A stretch of DNA of 64,000 nucleotides from Bacteroidota bacterium (GCA_031415375.1 JANORP010000206.1:8166-72165), one strand, 5' to 3'. Shown: positions 53,829 to 63,176, counted from the stretch's first letter. A program made the numbers and translations. Notes: generated by a model not told the origin, from the sequence alone.

Positions 53829-54479
53829 TCAGCTCATCTTCCCATGTATCATCCTAGAAATCAAACCATTGCTCGTCGCAATATCTGCGCGAAGCACACC
53901 AAAGAGATGCAATACAATATAGGCGTACATCCCCCATTGGCCGAGCTCGTGGACTTGCTTGATCGGGCGATGGTAAGTGTCAAAGATCCCGACATCCTCG
54001 AAGGCGAGTCCCAGGCCAGTCGTGGCCATGATGAAAATGAGTACGTAAAAGACGAGGTAACCGCGCTTGACCCAGACATAATGGCGGCGATCCTGCTTCT
54101 CGACATCCGAGGCGGGCGCGAGATGCAACGCACGCTTGATCTTGTTGCGCAACTTCTCTTCCTTGGACACGACCACCTCAATCACCAAACGGCTCAAGAG
54201 CAGGAAGGAAATGCCGTAACCGATCCATGTGTGCAAGACCCAAAGCTTTTCAGGAAAATAATGGGCGATGCCACGGGCTTGCTGTTCATTGAGTTCAACG
54301 CCACCGTCCATGGCCTCCACCATCACCATAGGGGCATTGGCGCGGGTATCGAAGACGTACTCGGCAAGCAAAACCAAGACGATGGTGGAGATCACTAAGA
54401 GGAAAAAGGTCCAGTGCCAGATGCGAATGAGCGCGGAGTGGCGCTCATTGAAGAGGGAGGATGAATGTGCTGTTTCCAT
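53829..54479 (-). CDS. cytochrome b561/b-type (PF01292-like) membrane protein
   Basis: It has four hydrophobic helices. The N-terminal RIWHWTFFLLV, with conserved His positions, is typical of Ni/Fe-hydrogenase-type cytochrome b proteins. Confidence 0.6.
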   Translation of the reverse strand: METAHSSSLFNERHSALIRIWHWTFFLLVISTIVLVLLAEYVFDTRANAPMVMVEAMDGGVELNEQQARGIAHYFPEKLWVLHTWIGYGISFLLLSRLVIEVVVSKEEKLRNKIKRALHLAPASDVEKQDRRHYVWVKRGYLVFYVLIFIMATTGLGLAFEDVGIFDTYHRPIKQVHELGQWGMYAYIVLHLFGVLRADIATSNGLISRMIHGKMS

Positions 54480-54625
54480 ACAATATTGATCAAAAAAGGT
54501 GCTGCGCTATTGCAACTCTGGGCGATTTCGACAAATGGATCAAGAAATGCAAACTATGACGATGCCCGTCAACGGTCAGGAGCGCCTTTTTTTCCATGAC
54601 GTCCAAACATGAAACATCCAAATCC

Positions 54626-55252
54626 TCAGCGCCGCGCCAAAATCAGTAAGTCGGTCGTCACACCTTCTCCCGCTGAATAGACGACGCGCTGCAAGTCCAA
54701 GACAACAAATCCACTCGCCTCCATCGCCGCAGTCAAATAGCGCGCCTCATGATAATACATATAGATCTCGTCGCCTTGGCTGCCTTTGCGCCAGCCCGAT
54801 GTGCTGTAATCGTCTTCCATGGTGCTCAGGTAAAGCACCCCGCCTGGATGAAGCTTGCTTGCCGCATCTGTGATGAACTGCATCGCTTCTTCCCGCGACA
54901 AATAGGGCAAGAAGAATCCGCAGACGATGGCGTCATATTGCGCGGGAAGCTGCGCAATTGCCCTGCCATCGTGCAATTCAAACCGCGCCGTCGGGTTGTT
55001 CGCTTGCGCCAAGGTCAGCATGTTGGGAGCGAGATCCGTTCCCAGAATTTGCAAGTCGGGTCGCTTGTAGAGTAGATATCGCGTGACATTCCCTGGGCCA
55101 CAGGCGATTTCCAAAACTTGGGCATTGCGCGGAGCGATATGCGCACAGAGCACATCGAGCGATCCATGATAGAGAGCGACGTCCATAAATTTGGCTTGGT
55201 AGTCGCTTGCATATTTGTCGAAGATATCGACAGCGATTTGGTTTCCATTCAT
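54626..55252 (-). CDS. class I SAM-dependent methyltransferase
   Basis: Motif I is VLEIACGPGNVT, with post-I ILGTDL and IVCGFFLPY. I chose the start at MNGNQ (55252); the ORF is open to 55345. Confidence 0.8.
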   Translation of the reverse strand: MNGNQIAVDIFDKYASDYQAKFMDVALYHGSLDVLCAHIAPRNAQVLEIACGPGNVTRYLLYKRPDLQILGTDLAPNMLTLAQANNPTARFELHDGRAIAQLPAQYDAIVCGFFLPYLSREEAMQFITDAASKLHPGGVLYLSTMEDDYSTSGWRKGSQGDEIYMYYHEARYLTAAMEASGFVVLDLQRVVYSAGEGVTTDLLILARR

Positions 55253-55445
55253 GTCGAAAAAGCTATCTGTGTACCTTACCCTGCAATTTCCTAGTTCTAA
55301 AACTGCTTCAATTTCGAGTAATTGGGGGAGAAAGGCAAGTCTCACGGCAGGTGTCGGGTCATATCGACCAAAAGTTTTCAGGCCACGGGCCTCTTAGCGC
55401 AATATTGCAGCGCATCGTGCTACGCATACCAACATTCACCTTGCC

Positions 55446-56498
55446 TTAAAACACAATCTGCATTTGGATGTACAGGCGGTCGTCATGCCCTCCTGGAATA
55501 TCTTTCACTCCCCCTCTGAAAACATAATTTGCGAGTATGCGAAAGCGGTCCTCTGGATTTCCGTAGTAGGCTCCACAAGTGAGCACTTTCCACTCGTCTT
55601 CAAACACGTCATATCTCACCAAAGGTCCAACCTTCCACTTGGTTTTGAGGGCCAATAAGGCTTGATATCCCATCGGCTCTCCATACAATGTGTCACTCAC
55701 GATATCCGTGCCACGCGCGTATTCGCTTGCAAGAAAAAATCGCTTGTGATCGACCTGCAAATCCACTCCAATTCGCTCAAAATCCACATACAGGTCATCA
55801 GATGGATCAACGACATCATCAAAAAGATACCTGATTCCGCCGATCCCAAATGAGCCGGCAAGGCGCAACGTGAGATCATCCTTTTTGTATCGGATGCCCA
55901 CACGGCCCCACAAGGCTTTTTTGGAATTAAAATCAAAGGGCCCCGCAACGTTGGAGCGTGTGCCGTTGGTAAACGTGACCGCATCTTCAATCCGTAAACG
56001 GTCATTGACCTTAATCTCCCCAAGTATTCCTACCCCTATATCGCGCAAATTTTCACCCCGAGAGACACCATCAGACATTTCTGCACGATTTACAGTGTAC
56101 AACTCCTTCATAGGTTGCCGATTTTCCCAACCAAATTGTGTTTTTTGCTGACCTACCCGAATAGTCTGATGCCGTAGGACTTTGAGTCCAATGAAAGCAT
56201 CTCTCAATATCCCTCCTTGCTCTGGCGCACGGGGATCAACCATGATTTCATAAAATGCAAATTTGTTGATCTTACCTTTGGCTGTCAATCTTGCACGCAA
56301 GATCCTGAATCCGTCGGGATCTCGTACTGTGTCGCCATTGGTATTGAATTCGTTGAGGTAATGGACCTGCAACATTCCTGAAATCGTAGGCAGATATTTT
56401 GCCAATTTTTTCTTCGTACTGTCGGGCGAGACCGTTTGCTGCGCAAAGCAAGACCCGACAATCAACAAACAGCCGATTGCAACCATGATGCTTTTCAT
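55446..56498 (-). CDS. outer-membrane porin (phosphate-selective porin O/P-like)
   Basis: It has a signal peptide (MKSIMVAIGCLLIVGSCFAQ), a beta-strand periodicity and a C-terminal aromatic residue (IQMQIVF). Confidence 0.6.
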   Translation of the reverse strand: MKSIMVAIGCLLIVGSCFAQQTVSPDSTKKKLAKYLPTISGMLQVHYLNEFNTNGDTVRDPDGFRILRARLTAKGKINKFAFYEIMVDPRAPEQGGILRDAFIGLKVLRHQTIRVGQQKTQFGWENRQPMKELYTVNRAEMSDGVSRGENLRDIGVGILGEIKVNDRLRIEDAVTFTNGTRSNVAGPFDFNSKKALWGRVGIRYKKDDLTLRLAGSFGIGGIRYLFDDVVDPSDDLYVDFERIGVDLQVDHKRFFLASEYARGTDIVSDTLYGEPMGYQALLALKTKWKVGPLVRYDVFEDEWKVLTCGAYYGNPEDRFRILANYVFRGGVKDIPGGHDDRLYIQMQIVF

Positions 56499-56594
56499 AT
56501 TGCAATGAACATTTGAATTCTGAATACATTCTGAATTCAGAATTGAATGGGGATACAGTCACATGAATGCACTGGACGATTAACCCGAGATACA

Positions 56595-56972
56595 TTATTT
56601 GGTGCGCTTCTTGGACTTCGCTGCCGCCTTGTCCAAATTGGACTGGATGCGGTAGGCAACGATGCGTGAGATGAGGGCTGCTGGCAAGGGCTCATCCAAT
56701 GGAAATTGCACGGCACCCTTCGACCATTTGTAGGGTCCAAATTCATGCTGAAAGGCCTCGATCCCTGAACCCGAAGGATAAAAACCGATATGTTTCTTGT
56801 AACCCGCAAAATAGACCAAGATGCCATGGCAATCATAGGCAGGCATTTTGTAGCTGATAACCTCCTCGGCCATGGGCGCAGCTTGCTGGATGATCCATCG
56901 GATTTCCTCCAATTTTTCGCGAACCTCTACGGGAAAGGTTGTGATATACTGATCGACTTCGTTGGTAGGCAT
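56595..56972 (-). CDS. DUF1801 (YdhG-like) domain protein
   Basis: MPTNEVDQYITTFPVEVREKLEEIRWIIQQAAPMAEEVISYKMPAY resembles the YdhG family. The start is at ATG 56972. The upstream 57 codons of the ORF overlap repeat-rich DNA and do not look like coding sequence. Confidence 0.7.
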   Translation of the reverse strand: MPTNEVDQYITTFPVEVREKLEEIRWIIQQAAPMAEEVISYKMPAYDCHGILVYFAGYKKHIGFYPSGSGIEAFQHEFGPYKWSKGAVQFPLDEPLPAALISRIVAYRIQSNLDKAAAKSKKRTK

Positions 56973-57180
56973 CGTGCTCCAATTTCTTGGAAAAATACAC
57001 AATGTCGGTCGAATGAACAATGGCGGTTGTAGGGCAAAGTCACCAAATTGAAGCGGGAGGCTCTGAGCGGGGTCGCACTCCCCATGAAAAGAAGTGTGGT
57101 CCAAATTCACCAAATTGAAACGGGAGCTGTGCCTGTCCGGCACATTGTGCGGGAGCTCCTGCGCTGAAGCAATCGCGAGC

Positions 57181-57217
57181 CGCGCGAGTTCCCGCTCAGA
57201 GAGCGGGAACTCGCGCG
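57181..57217. repeat. perfect palindrome: 17-bp arms with a 3-nt loop
   Basis: CGCGCGAGTTCCCGCTC (57181-57197), AGA, then GAGCGGGAACTCGCGCG (57201-57217). The arms are exact reverse complements. It lies in the spacer between two divergent gene starts. Confidence 0.85.
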
Positions 57218-57277
57218 AAGAATAGCTTCCGAATTTGTCGCCGCTCCCCTAAAAAGACGTGTACAACAAATTTTGCC

Positions 57278-57285
57278 TATCTTTG
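57278..57285 (+). promoter_or_regulatory. candidate -7 promoter element (TAnnTTTG)
   Basis: TATCTTTG lies 18 nt upstream of ATG 57303 and is part of a tandem TTTGCCTAT duplication. I saw no clear -33 element. Confidence 0.25.
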
Positions 57286-57302
57286 CCTATACACGCGTTG
57301 CA

Positions 57303-57941
57303 ATGAAAATTGGAAGCCCCATACTGCGCCCATCCCTCTGCAAAGGCCCTTTGCTGGGCCTTGCCTTGCTCCTATCCGCCTTGACCCTGAGCGCCCAACC
57401 TGACCCCCTGCTCGAGCATTTTTCGATCTCCCAAAATGATGGTCGCGTCTTGCTCAACTGGGTCACTCGCCCAGGTAGCACCTGCGAAGGCGTGTATGTG
57501 ATGCGCTCGACCGACAGCCTCAACTACGAGCTCATTTACCACTATCCAGGCATCTGCGGCGGGCCCAATACCGCAATGTCCTACAGCTACCTCGACGAGC
57601 ACCCCGTCGCCAACTACCGCAACTTCTATCGCTTGGAGCTCGGCCGTGTGGGCACCACAGGCGTGCGGGCCATTGAAGTGGTCGATTTGCGCGACCAAGG
57701 CTACCAAGTGCGCCCCCATCCCGTAGTGGCCACCTCCAAGGTCTATTTCGACAATCCCAACCGAGAGCCCTGTCTCCTCGTGTTGATCAACACGTTGGGG
57801 ATCGTGCAAGCACAATGGGAAACCCGAGAACAATCGATTGACCTGCAAAGCTCCAATTTCCAGCCTGCCATGTATTTCCTGCGCATCCAAGACCCCGATG
57901 GGAAAGTCAAGGCCAAGGGAAAAGTGCTGATCTTGCACTGA
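57303..57941 (+). CDS. secreted protein with a probable T9SS C-terminal sorting domain
   Basis: It has a signal peptide (LLGLALLLSALTLSAQ). The C-terminal ~80 aa (VRPHPVVATSKVYF...AMYFLRIQDPDGKVKAKGKVLILH) have the sorting-domain pattern. Confidence 0.55.
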   Translation: MKIGSPILRPSLCKGPLLGLALLLSALTLSAQPDPLLEHFSISQNDGRVLLNWVTRPGSTCEGVYVMRSTDSLNYELIYHYPGICGGPNTAMSYSYLDEHPVANYRNFYRLELGRVGTTGVRAIEVVDLRDQGYQVRPHPVVATSKVYFDNPNREPCLLVLINTLGIVQAQWETREQSIDLQSSNFQPAMYFLRIQDPDGKVKAKGKVLILH

Positions 57942-57998
57942 CAGGAAGTGGCCAAAATCGTTTTCTTCCTACTTTTGACAGAAATGATTGATTGGTAG

Positions 57999-58184
57999 AT
58001 GAAAACCCCACCCATCGACTCCGAAGAAGAATATGACCGCGCACTCGTGCGTCTAGAGGAACTCTTGGACGCTCCCCCACGCTCGGTGGACACCGAGGAG
58101 CGCGAATCTTTGCTCGAAGCCATCGAGGAATACGAGGAAGCGCATTATCCGATCACGCCCTTGGGACCGAGAGGATCGGCCTGA
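57999..58184 (+). pseudogene. possible remnant of a HigA-family antitoxin (N-terminal part only, no HTH)
   Basis: The 61-aa ORF IDSEEEYDRALVRLEELLDAPPRSVDTEERESLLEAIEEYEEAHYPI matches the N-terminal helical region that precedes the HTH in HigA-type antitoxins. The ORF stops before any HTH, and no toxin ORF is adjacent. Confidence 0.4.
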
Positions 58185-58221
58185 CTAGCGATCTGTGCGC
58201 AAAATGATTTTGGAGCTTGCC

Positions 58222-59376
58222 TTATTGGATCACCTTTCCCATCACGGCCTCGCCGCCCGCGCGCACCTGCACGAGCCACATGCCCGCTGGGCCAGCTTGC
58301 GGCACATGCACATGGTTGCGGCCAGGTGATAGCGCGAGGTCTCCGCGATAGAGGATCCGCCCCTGCACATCGCTCACTTCCAGCTGTCCTTGTCGCCCAT
58401 TGGGGCAATCGAGCAGCACATCGATGCCGTCGGGGGCACTTGCCAAATACATTTTGAGGCGATGGGCATCGGCCATGTCCACGAGGACCATGCTACTGAG
58501 CTGGGCCCCACCATTGTTGTCTTGGCTGCGCAAGCGGTAAATGTTGGGACCGACATGCGGCTGCGCATCGATCCAGTCAAACTGCCCCGTCGCGCCAGCA
58601 ACCATCGTCTGCAAGGCCACAAAATGGGTATCCCCATTGCTACGTTCGAGCACGATCGCGCCGCCTATTGGTTCATCGATGTCCCAGGTGCAATGCACAG
58701 CCTTGCCCTCGGGACCCGCGCTAAAGCTCGGGAAAGCCATTGGCAAGATAGCACCGCAACCGCCGCCGCCAGCGGCTGTGAGGCTCAGGGTATAGGTGAG
58801 GCGCACCGCCGAACCGTTGGCGGCCGTGCCAGGAAAGCCACCTGAGCCGAAGTTGCCATTCCACTTGCTGCGATAGACCGCGGCGCCGTAGCTGGCCGTG
58901 CGCCGAAACCAAGGTTCGTTCACGCGATAGACGTTGGAGCGGTTTTCAAAGAGGATCTCGAGAGCGCTCGCACCGTCGTAGGCAAAGGGGGTTACATTGA
59001 AGGCGATCGTGTAAAGGCCCGACATGGGAAAGCTGTAGGTGCCGTTGAAACATTGCGTGAAGCCCGTGGTCGTCGGGTACTGGGCATTGGGGTAGCTCGT
59101 GACAGCCGTATGGCGCAGCCATACCTGCTGGCTCGCATAGGTCGTCGGACCAAAACTGTTATCGACATAGATCTGGATGCCAGTGAAGCTGGCTGCACCG
59201 CCCATCTGCGATTGCAAAAACGTATTGGCGCCCCAGCTTTGGGTATGGCCATCGCTGGGATGGGTGGCAATCGGGAACTCGGGCGTCGTGAAAAGAGAGC
59301 TGCACTGGGCAAACAAACCACTGGGAAGCGCGATACATACACAGAGCAACTTAAACAAAATGCCTTTCTTCATCAT
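58222..59376 (-). CDS. secreted protein with a probable T9SS C-terminal sorting domain
   Basis: I chose the start at MMKKGILFKLLCVCIALPSGLFAQ (59376). The C-terminus LEVSDVQGRILYRGDLALSPGRNHVHVPQAGPAGMWLVQVRAGGEAVMGKVIQ is sorting-domain-like. The ORF is open to 59634. Confidence 0.6.
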   Translation of the reverse strand: MMKKGILFKLLCVCIALPSGLFAQCSSLFTTPEFPIATHPSDGHTQSWGANTFLQSQMGGAASFTGIQIYVDNSFGPTTYASQQVWLRHTAVTSYPNAQYPTTTGFTQCFNGTYSFPMSGLYTIAFNVTPFAYDGASALEILFENRSNVYRVNEPWFRRTASYGAAVYRSKWNGNFGSGGFPGTAANGSAVRLTYTLSLTAAGGGGCGAILPMAFPSFSAGPEGKAVHCTWDIDEPIGGAIVLERSNGDTHFVALQTMVAGATGQFDWIDAQPHVGPNIYRLRSQDNNGGAQLSSMVLVDMADAHRLKMYLASAPDGIDVLLDCPNGRQGQLEVSDVQGRILYRGDLALSPGRNHVHVPQAGPAGMWLVQVRAGGEAVMGKVIQ

Positions 59377-59541
59377 ATACAGGACCATTACCAATTTGAA
59401 GGTAGGCAATCGATCGGTCTCCTGCAATGCTACAATACTTGCAACGTAAGGATTTCGCAAAGAATCAACCTCTTGCAGGCGTAGATTCTCCCTCAAAAAA
59501 AGCCTACCTTCGACTCCTAATAAGAAACTGCCGTGAATGCG

Positions 59542-60165
59542 ATGCTGCGTGTGTTTTGTTTGAGTTGGGGGGTCGCCTTGCTGTGGATGGGAATCCCCAC
59601 CGCCCTCTTGGCCCAGCAAGACGAGGACCTTCACAAATATTTTGACGATGGTGGCCTATCCGCCCGCAAAAACATTGTCTCGACCAACTTGCTCTCGCCG
59701 ATCTCTGGCGTGGTGGGCCTGCGCTATGAGCGCGGCATCGGCAAGCGCTTTGCGATCGAAGTCGGTGCCTACAAGCTCATTCCCTTTTACCTATATGAGC
59801 TGATCTTGCCGATCAATTTCTATTTCAGCTACTTTGAGCCCAAAGGTGGCTGGGGCATATCGCTCTCCCCACACGTTTACTTCTTCGACAAGGCCCCAGA
59901 ATACCATTACATGGGTCCACGTTATGGGTTTCGCAAACACAGCCTTCAAAATGGAGCCACGGTCGCGGTCCACGACCTCACGATCGACTATGGCTTCAAC
60001 GCCTTTCTGGGGAAACATTTTATGTTTTGCTATGACCTGGGGGTTGGGTATCGCCGCATGATCTTTGATGGCTCGGCTGCACCTGCCATGAGCTACCTGC
60101 CGCGCCTGGAAACGCATGGCAGCCTGTATTCCTTTTTGTCGATCGGTATCGGTGTCATGTTTTGA
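59542..60165 (+). CDS. hypothetical outer-membrane beta-barrel-like protein
   Basis: It has a signal peptide (MLRVFCLSWGVALLWMGIPTALLAQQ), alternating strand-like segments and a C-terminal aromatic residue (GIGVMF). Confidence 0.45.
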   Translation: MLRVFCLSWGVALLWMGIPTALLAQQDEDLHKYFDDGGLSARKNIVSTNLLSPISGVVGLRYERGIGKRFAIEVGAYKLIPFYLYELILPINFYFSYFEPKGGWGISLSPHVYFFDKAPEYHYMGPRYGFRKHSLQNGATVAVHDLTIDYGFNAFLGKHFMFCYDLGVGYRRMIFDGSAAPAMSYLPRLETHGSLYSFLSIGIGVMF

Positions 60166-60195
60166 TTGTTTCACCTTGCTAAAAAATCAACATCC

Positions 60196-61767
60196 ATGCA
60201 TTTGAAAAACATCCTTGGAATCTGTCTTTGGCTTTTTGTGGGCCAGTGGGCGATCGCGCAGCAGGTCAAGTGGGGTCCGATCCACAAGGAAAAAGCGAAG
60301 GTTTTGATCACCGACATCGTGAGCCACAATCCGAGTCAGACCATCGTCATGAAGGCCAGAGGCAGATTGGGTTTCCTTCAAAGTGGCTCCCAACTTGAGC
60401 GCATGGATGCCAGTTTCAACTCGTCGCTGATCATGAAACTCGCACCTGTCTTTGAGGACAATTCCCTAGACGTAGAGTTTTGCTTTGAAAGCAACGGGCA
60501 AATCTATCTCTTTTGCTCGTTTGCCAACCACAAGCTCGACAAGCGCTTCCTCTTCTTGCAACGTGTGAATGCAACGAGTCTCAAACTAGAAGGTCCGATC
60601 CGCAAGATCGCCGAGCTGAGTTTTGCCAAACGTTATCGGCAAGGCGGTTTTGGCTACACATTTTCCCGAGACAGCTCACATGTCGTCATCTACGCCAATA
60701 CTGAGCTACGCAAAAACGAACCCGAAAAGTATGGCATCTACGTCCTGGACCAAGACATGGAAGACGTCTGGTCCAAAGAGGTGACCCTTCCCTACCTGGA
60801 GTCTAGGTTTGCCGTGGAGGATTTCACTGTGGACAATGATGGAAACGTCTTTTTGCTCGGAGTCAAGTTCCAGGAAAAGGGAGAAAGCAAACGGCGCGGC
60901 ACGCCCAATTATGAATACCGCATCTTGGGCTACCGCGAGGATGGTGCAGACGTGGAGGAATACGAAGTCGCGCTCGGAGGCATGTTCCTTTCAGACATGA
61001 AAATCGATGTTTCGCCCAAGCGTGACATCATCTGCGCAGGCTTTTATTCCGAGCAAGGTACCTTCAGCATCAAAGGCACCTATTACATCCGCATCGACCG
61101 CAAGACCAAGGAAATCGAAAAAATGAGCGCCAAAGAGTTTGACATCGATTTCATTACGATGAACTTCACCCAGCGCCAAGAGAAAAAAGCGAAGCGAAAA
61201 GCGGCGAAGGGCAAAAATATAGAACTCTACGAGTATGACCTGCGCGACATCATCCCGCGCGCCGATGGCGGCGCCGTACTCATGGCCGAGCAATATTATG
61301 TGACCGTCATCTGCCGCACCGACCCTAGGACGGGCATCACCACCTGCACCAATTATTACCACTACAATGATGTGATCGTGGTGAGCATCGACAAAAGTGG
61401 TGACATCGAATGGGCCACCAAGGTTTCCAAGCGGCAAACCAGCGTGAACGATGGCGGCTACTACTCGTCCTACGTGAGCATGGTCACCAACGAGAAACTG
61501 TATCTGGTGTACAATGACCACAAAAAGAATCTGGATCCAAGCCTGAAGCAAGGCCAATATTACAATTTCAGTGTGCGCGACAAAAACGGGGTCGTGGTGC
61601 TGGCAAGCATCGATGGCGAGGGAAATGTGAGCCGCAAAGCGCTTTTCTCCAATGCCGAAATCACTGCGATCACCGTCCCCAAACTCTGCAAGCAAGTCAA
61701 TAAAAAACAGCTGCTCATGTTTGCCAAGGTGCTCAAAGGCTCCCAATTTGGACTCGTTTCCTTTTGA
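60196..61767 (+). CDS. hypothetical secreted protein
   Basis: A 523-aa protein with a signal peptide (MHLKNILGICLWLFVGQWAIAQQ). It is beta-rich with one Lys-rich insert (RQEKKAKRKAAKGK). No family was recognised. Confidence 0.6.
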   Translation: MHLKNILGICLWLFVGQWAIAQQVKWGPIHKEKAKVLITDIVSHNPSQTIVMKARGRLGFLQSGSQLERMDASFNSSLIMKLAPVFEDNSLDVEFCFESNGQIYLFCSFANHKLDKRFLFLQRVNATSLKLEGPIRKIAELSFAKRYRQGGFGYTFSRDSSHVVIYANTELRKNEPEKYGIYVLDQDMEDVWSKEVTLPYLESRFAVEDFTVDNDGNVFLLGVKFQEKGESKRRGTPNYEYRILGYREDGADVEEYEVALGGMFLSDMKIDVSPKRDIICAGFYSEQGTFSIKGTYYIRIDRKTKEIEKMSAKEFDIDFITMNFTQRQEKKAKRKAAKGKNIELYEYDLRDIIPRADGGAVLMAEQYYVTVICRTDPRTGITTCTNYYHYNDVIVVSIDKSGDIEWATKVSKRQTSVNDGGYYSSYVSMVTNEKLYLVYNDHKKNLDPSLKQGQYYNFSVRDKNGVVVLASIDGEGNVSRKALFSNAEITAITVPKLCKQVNKKQLLMFAKVLKGSQFGLVSF

Positions 61768-62001
61768 GCAAGTGTGCCCATGCGATATGCGATCGCCGAT
61801 CAGAAGTGCTTACTAGCCATCTGGAGCCCGAAAAATTCGGCAACCTGAAGCGGGAGCCTCCGGCTCCAACGCTGAACCAACCTTGAGCCTCTGGCTCAAG
61901 AATCAAGTACCTGCCGAGTTTAGCTTTGCTGAACACGTTGGTCGTCCACCCAAGCTAGGGTGGCAGCATGGGCGCGTTGAGATTTTCCCTATTTTTGCCC
62001 A

Positions 62002-62928
62002 ATGCGAGCTACAATTTGGTTCATGATCACCGCGACGATGCTGCTCAGCGCCTGCCAGCAGGCAGCCTCGGCCGAGACTGACTATGGGGCGATCGGAGAG
62101 AGTATTTCCGAGAAAAATCCCCACATGCCCACGACCTTTGTGGACACGACTGGCAGCAAATATGCCTGGTTCAAGATGTACAACCCCGTGCAGGCCCTGC
62201 AACACCGCATCGCACCACCCGAGGGTTACGTGCGCAAGCCACTTCCAGAGGGCAGTTTTGGGGAATGGCTACGCGGCATCCCCATCAAACCCGGCAAGCC
62301 ACAAGTCATGCTCTTCAATGGCCAACCCAAGGAAAACCAGGAGGCACAATTTGCAGTCGTGAACATCGATGTCGGCAAGCGCGACTTGCAGCAATGCGCA
62401 GACGCCGTGATGCGCCTGCGTGCCGAATACTTGTATTCCCAAAGCCAGCATGAGGCGATCCACTTCAACTTTACCAGCGGTGCCAACTGTGCTTGGACGC
62501 AGTGGAAGCAAGGTTATCGCCCGTCGATCGCTGGGGCCAAGATCAATTGGGTCAAGAAAGCGGAACCCTCGGCTTCCCATGAAAACTTTCGTGCTTACAT
62601 GGATGTGATCTTTACCTATGCAGGCACCGCTTCCCTGGAAAAGGAACTTGAAAAAATCGGCTCGCTCAAGGCGATGCAAATCGGCGACGTGTTCATCCAA
62701 GGCGGCTTTCCAGGCCACGCCATCCTTGTGATGGACGTCGTGGAAAATCCCGACAACGGCCACCACAAGTATCTGCTCGCCCAGAGCTACATGCCTGCCC
62801 AAGACATGCACATCCTCATCAACCCCCTCGACCCCAAATCGCCCTGGTACGACGCCGAGGCCATAGGCCCCGTCGAGACCCCGGAATGGTCATTTTTGCA
62901 GCAAGACATCCGCCGATTCAAGGATTGA
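62002..62928 (+). CDS. DUF4846-like lipoprotein
   Basis: It has a lipobox-like LLSAC. The segment EGYVRKPLPEGSFGEWLRGIPIKP...VVNIDVGKRDLQQCADAVMRLRAEYLY resembles DUF4846 from memory. Confidence 0.6.
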   Translation: MRATIWFMITATMLLSACQQAASAETDYGAIGESISEKNPHMPTTFVDTTGSKYAWFKMYNPVQALQHRIAPPEGYVRKPLPEGSFGEWLRGIPIKPGKPQVMLFNGQPKENQEAQFAVVNIDVGKRDLQQCADAVMRLRAEYLYSQSQHEAIHFNFTSGANCAWTQWKQGYRPSIAGAKINWVKKAEPSASHENFRAYMDVIFTYAGTASLEKELEKIGSLKAMQIGDVFIQGGFPGHAILVMDVVENPDNGHHKYLLAQSYMPAQDMHILINPLDPKSPWYDAEAIGPVETPEWSFLQQDIRRFKD

Positions 62929-62996
62929 AAATGGCCCTCCCCGCAAGATCAATGTCATTGAGTGAAGGATTTTGAACCTGAAATCGGTACGCTTTG

Positions 62997-63176
62997 CAAG
63001 CCTGAAAGGCTTGAATGTGAGTAGCCGCGGACGAAGTCCGGGGCTACCGCGAATCACCGATCCAGCAACCCAGAATGGGTTGAATGTTACCAACCTACAA
63101 GGATGGCTGTCAACACTCAACTCCGCTTGCGGCGGATTGGCACTCCTACGGGTTCGCAGACTGTGGGTGAAACCCA
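62997..63176. repeat. cluster of four stem-loops, all with GAA triloops
   Basis: The four hairpins are: 62997-63013 CAAGCCT-GAA-AGGCTTG; 63021-63047 GTAGCCGCGGAC-GAA-GTCCGGGGCTAC (one mismatch); 63067-63081 AACCCA-GAA-TGGGTT; and 63164-63176 TGGGT-GAA-ACCCA. Confidence 0.7.

Noticed and set aside
57041-57126. Possible CRISPR-like array (two 19-nt direct repeats about 67 nt apart)
   Set aside because: There are only two copies, the repeat is short, and no cas genes lie nearby. A single duplicated motif does not amount to an array.
56973-57143. The N-terminal 57-codon extension of the DUF1801 ORF
   Set aside because: The extension overlaps the direct-repeat region and reads as low-quality sequence. 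The family-typical N-terminus begins at the internal Met (56972).
60991-61746. A 251-aa minus-strand ORF
   Set aside because: It is antisense to the 523-aa secreted protein gene, and its composition (His/Asp/Gly/Val runs) is typical of an antisense artefact.
4225-61795. The octamer GCGATCGC (HIP1-like palindrome), seen at least five times (about 4225, 14122, 47715, 60250, 61790)
   Set aside because: The count was made by eye, the expected frequency was not computed, and most copies lie inside coding regions. This is too weak to claim an iterated palindrome family.
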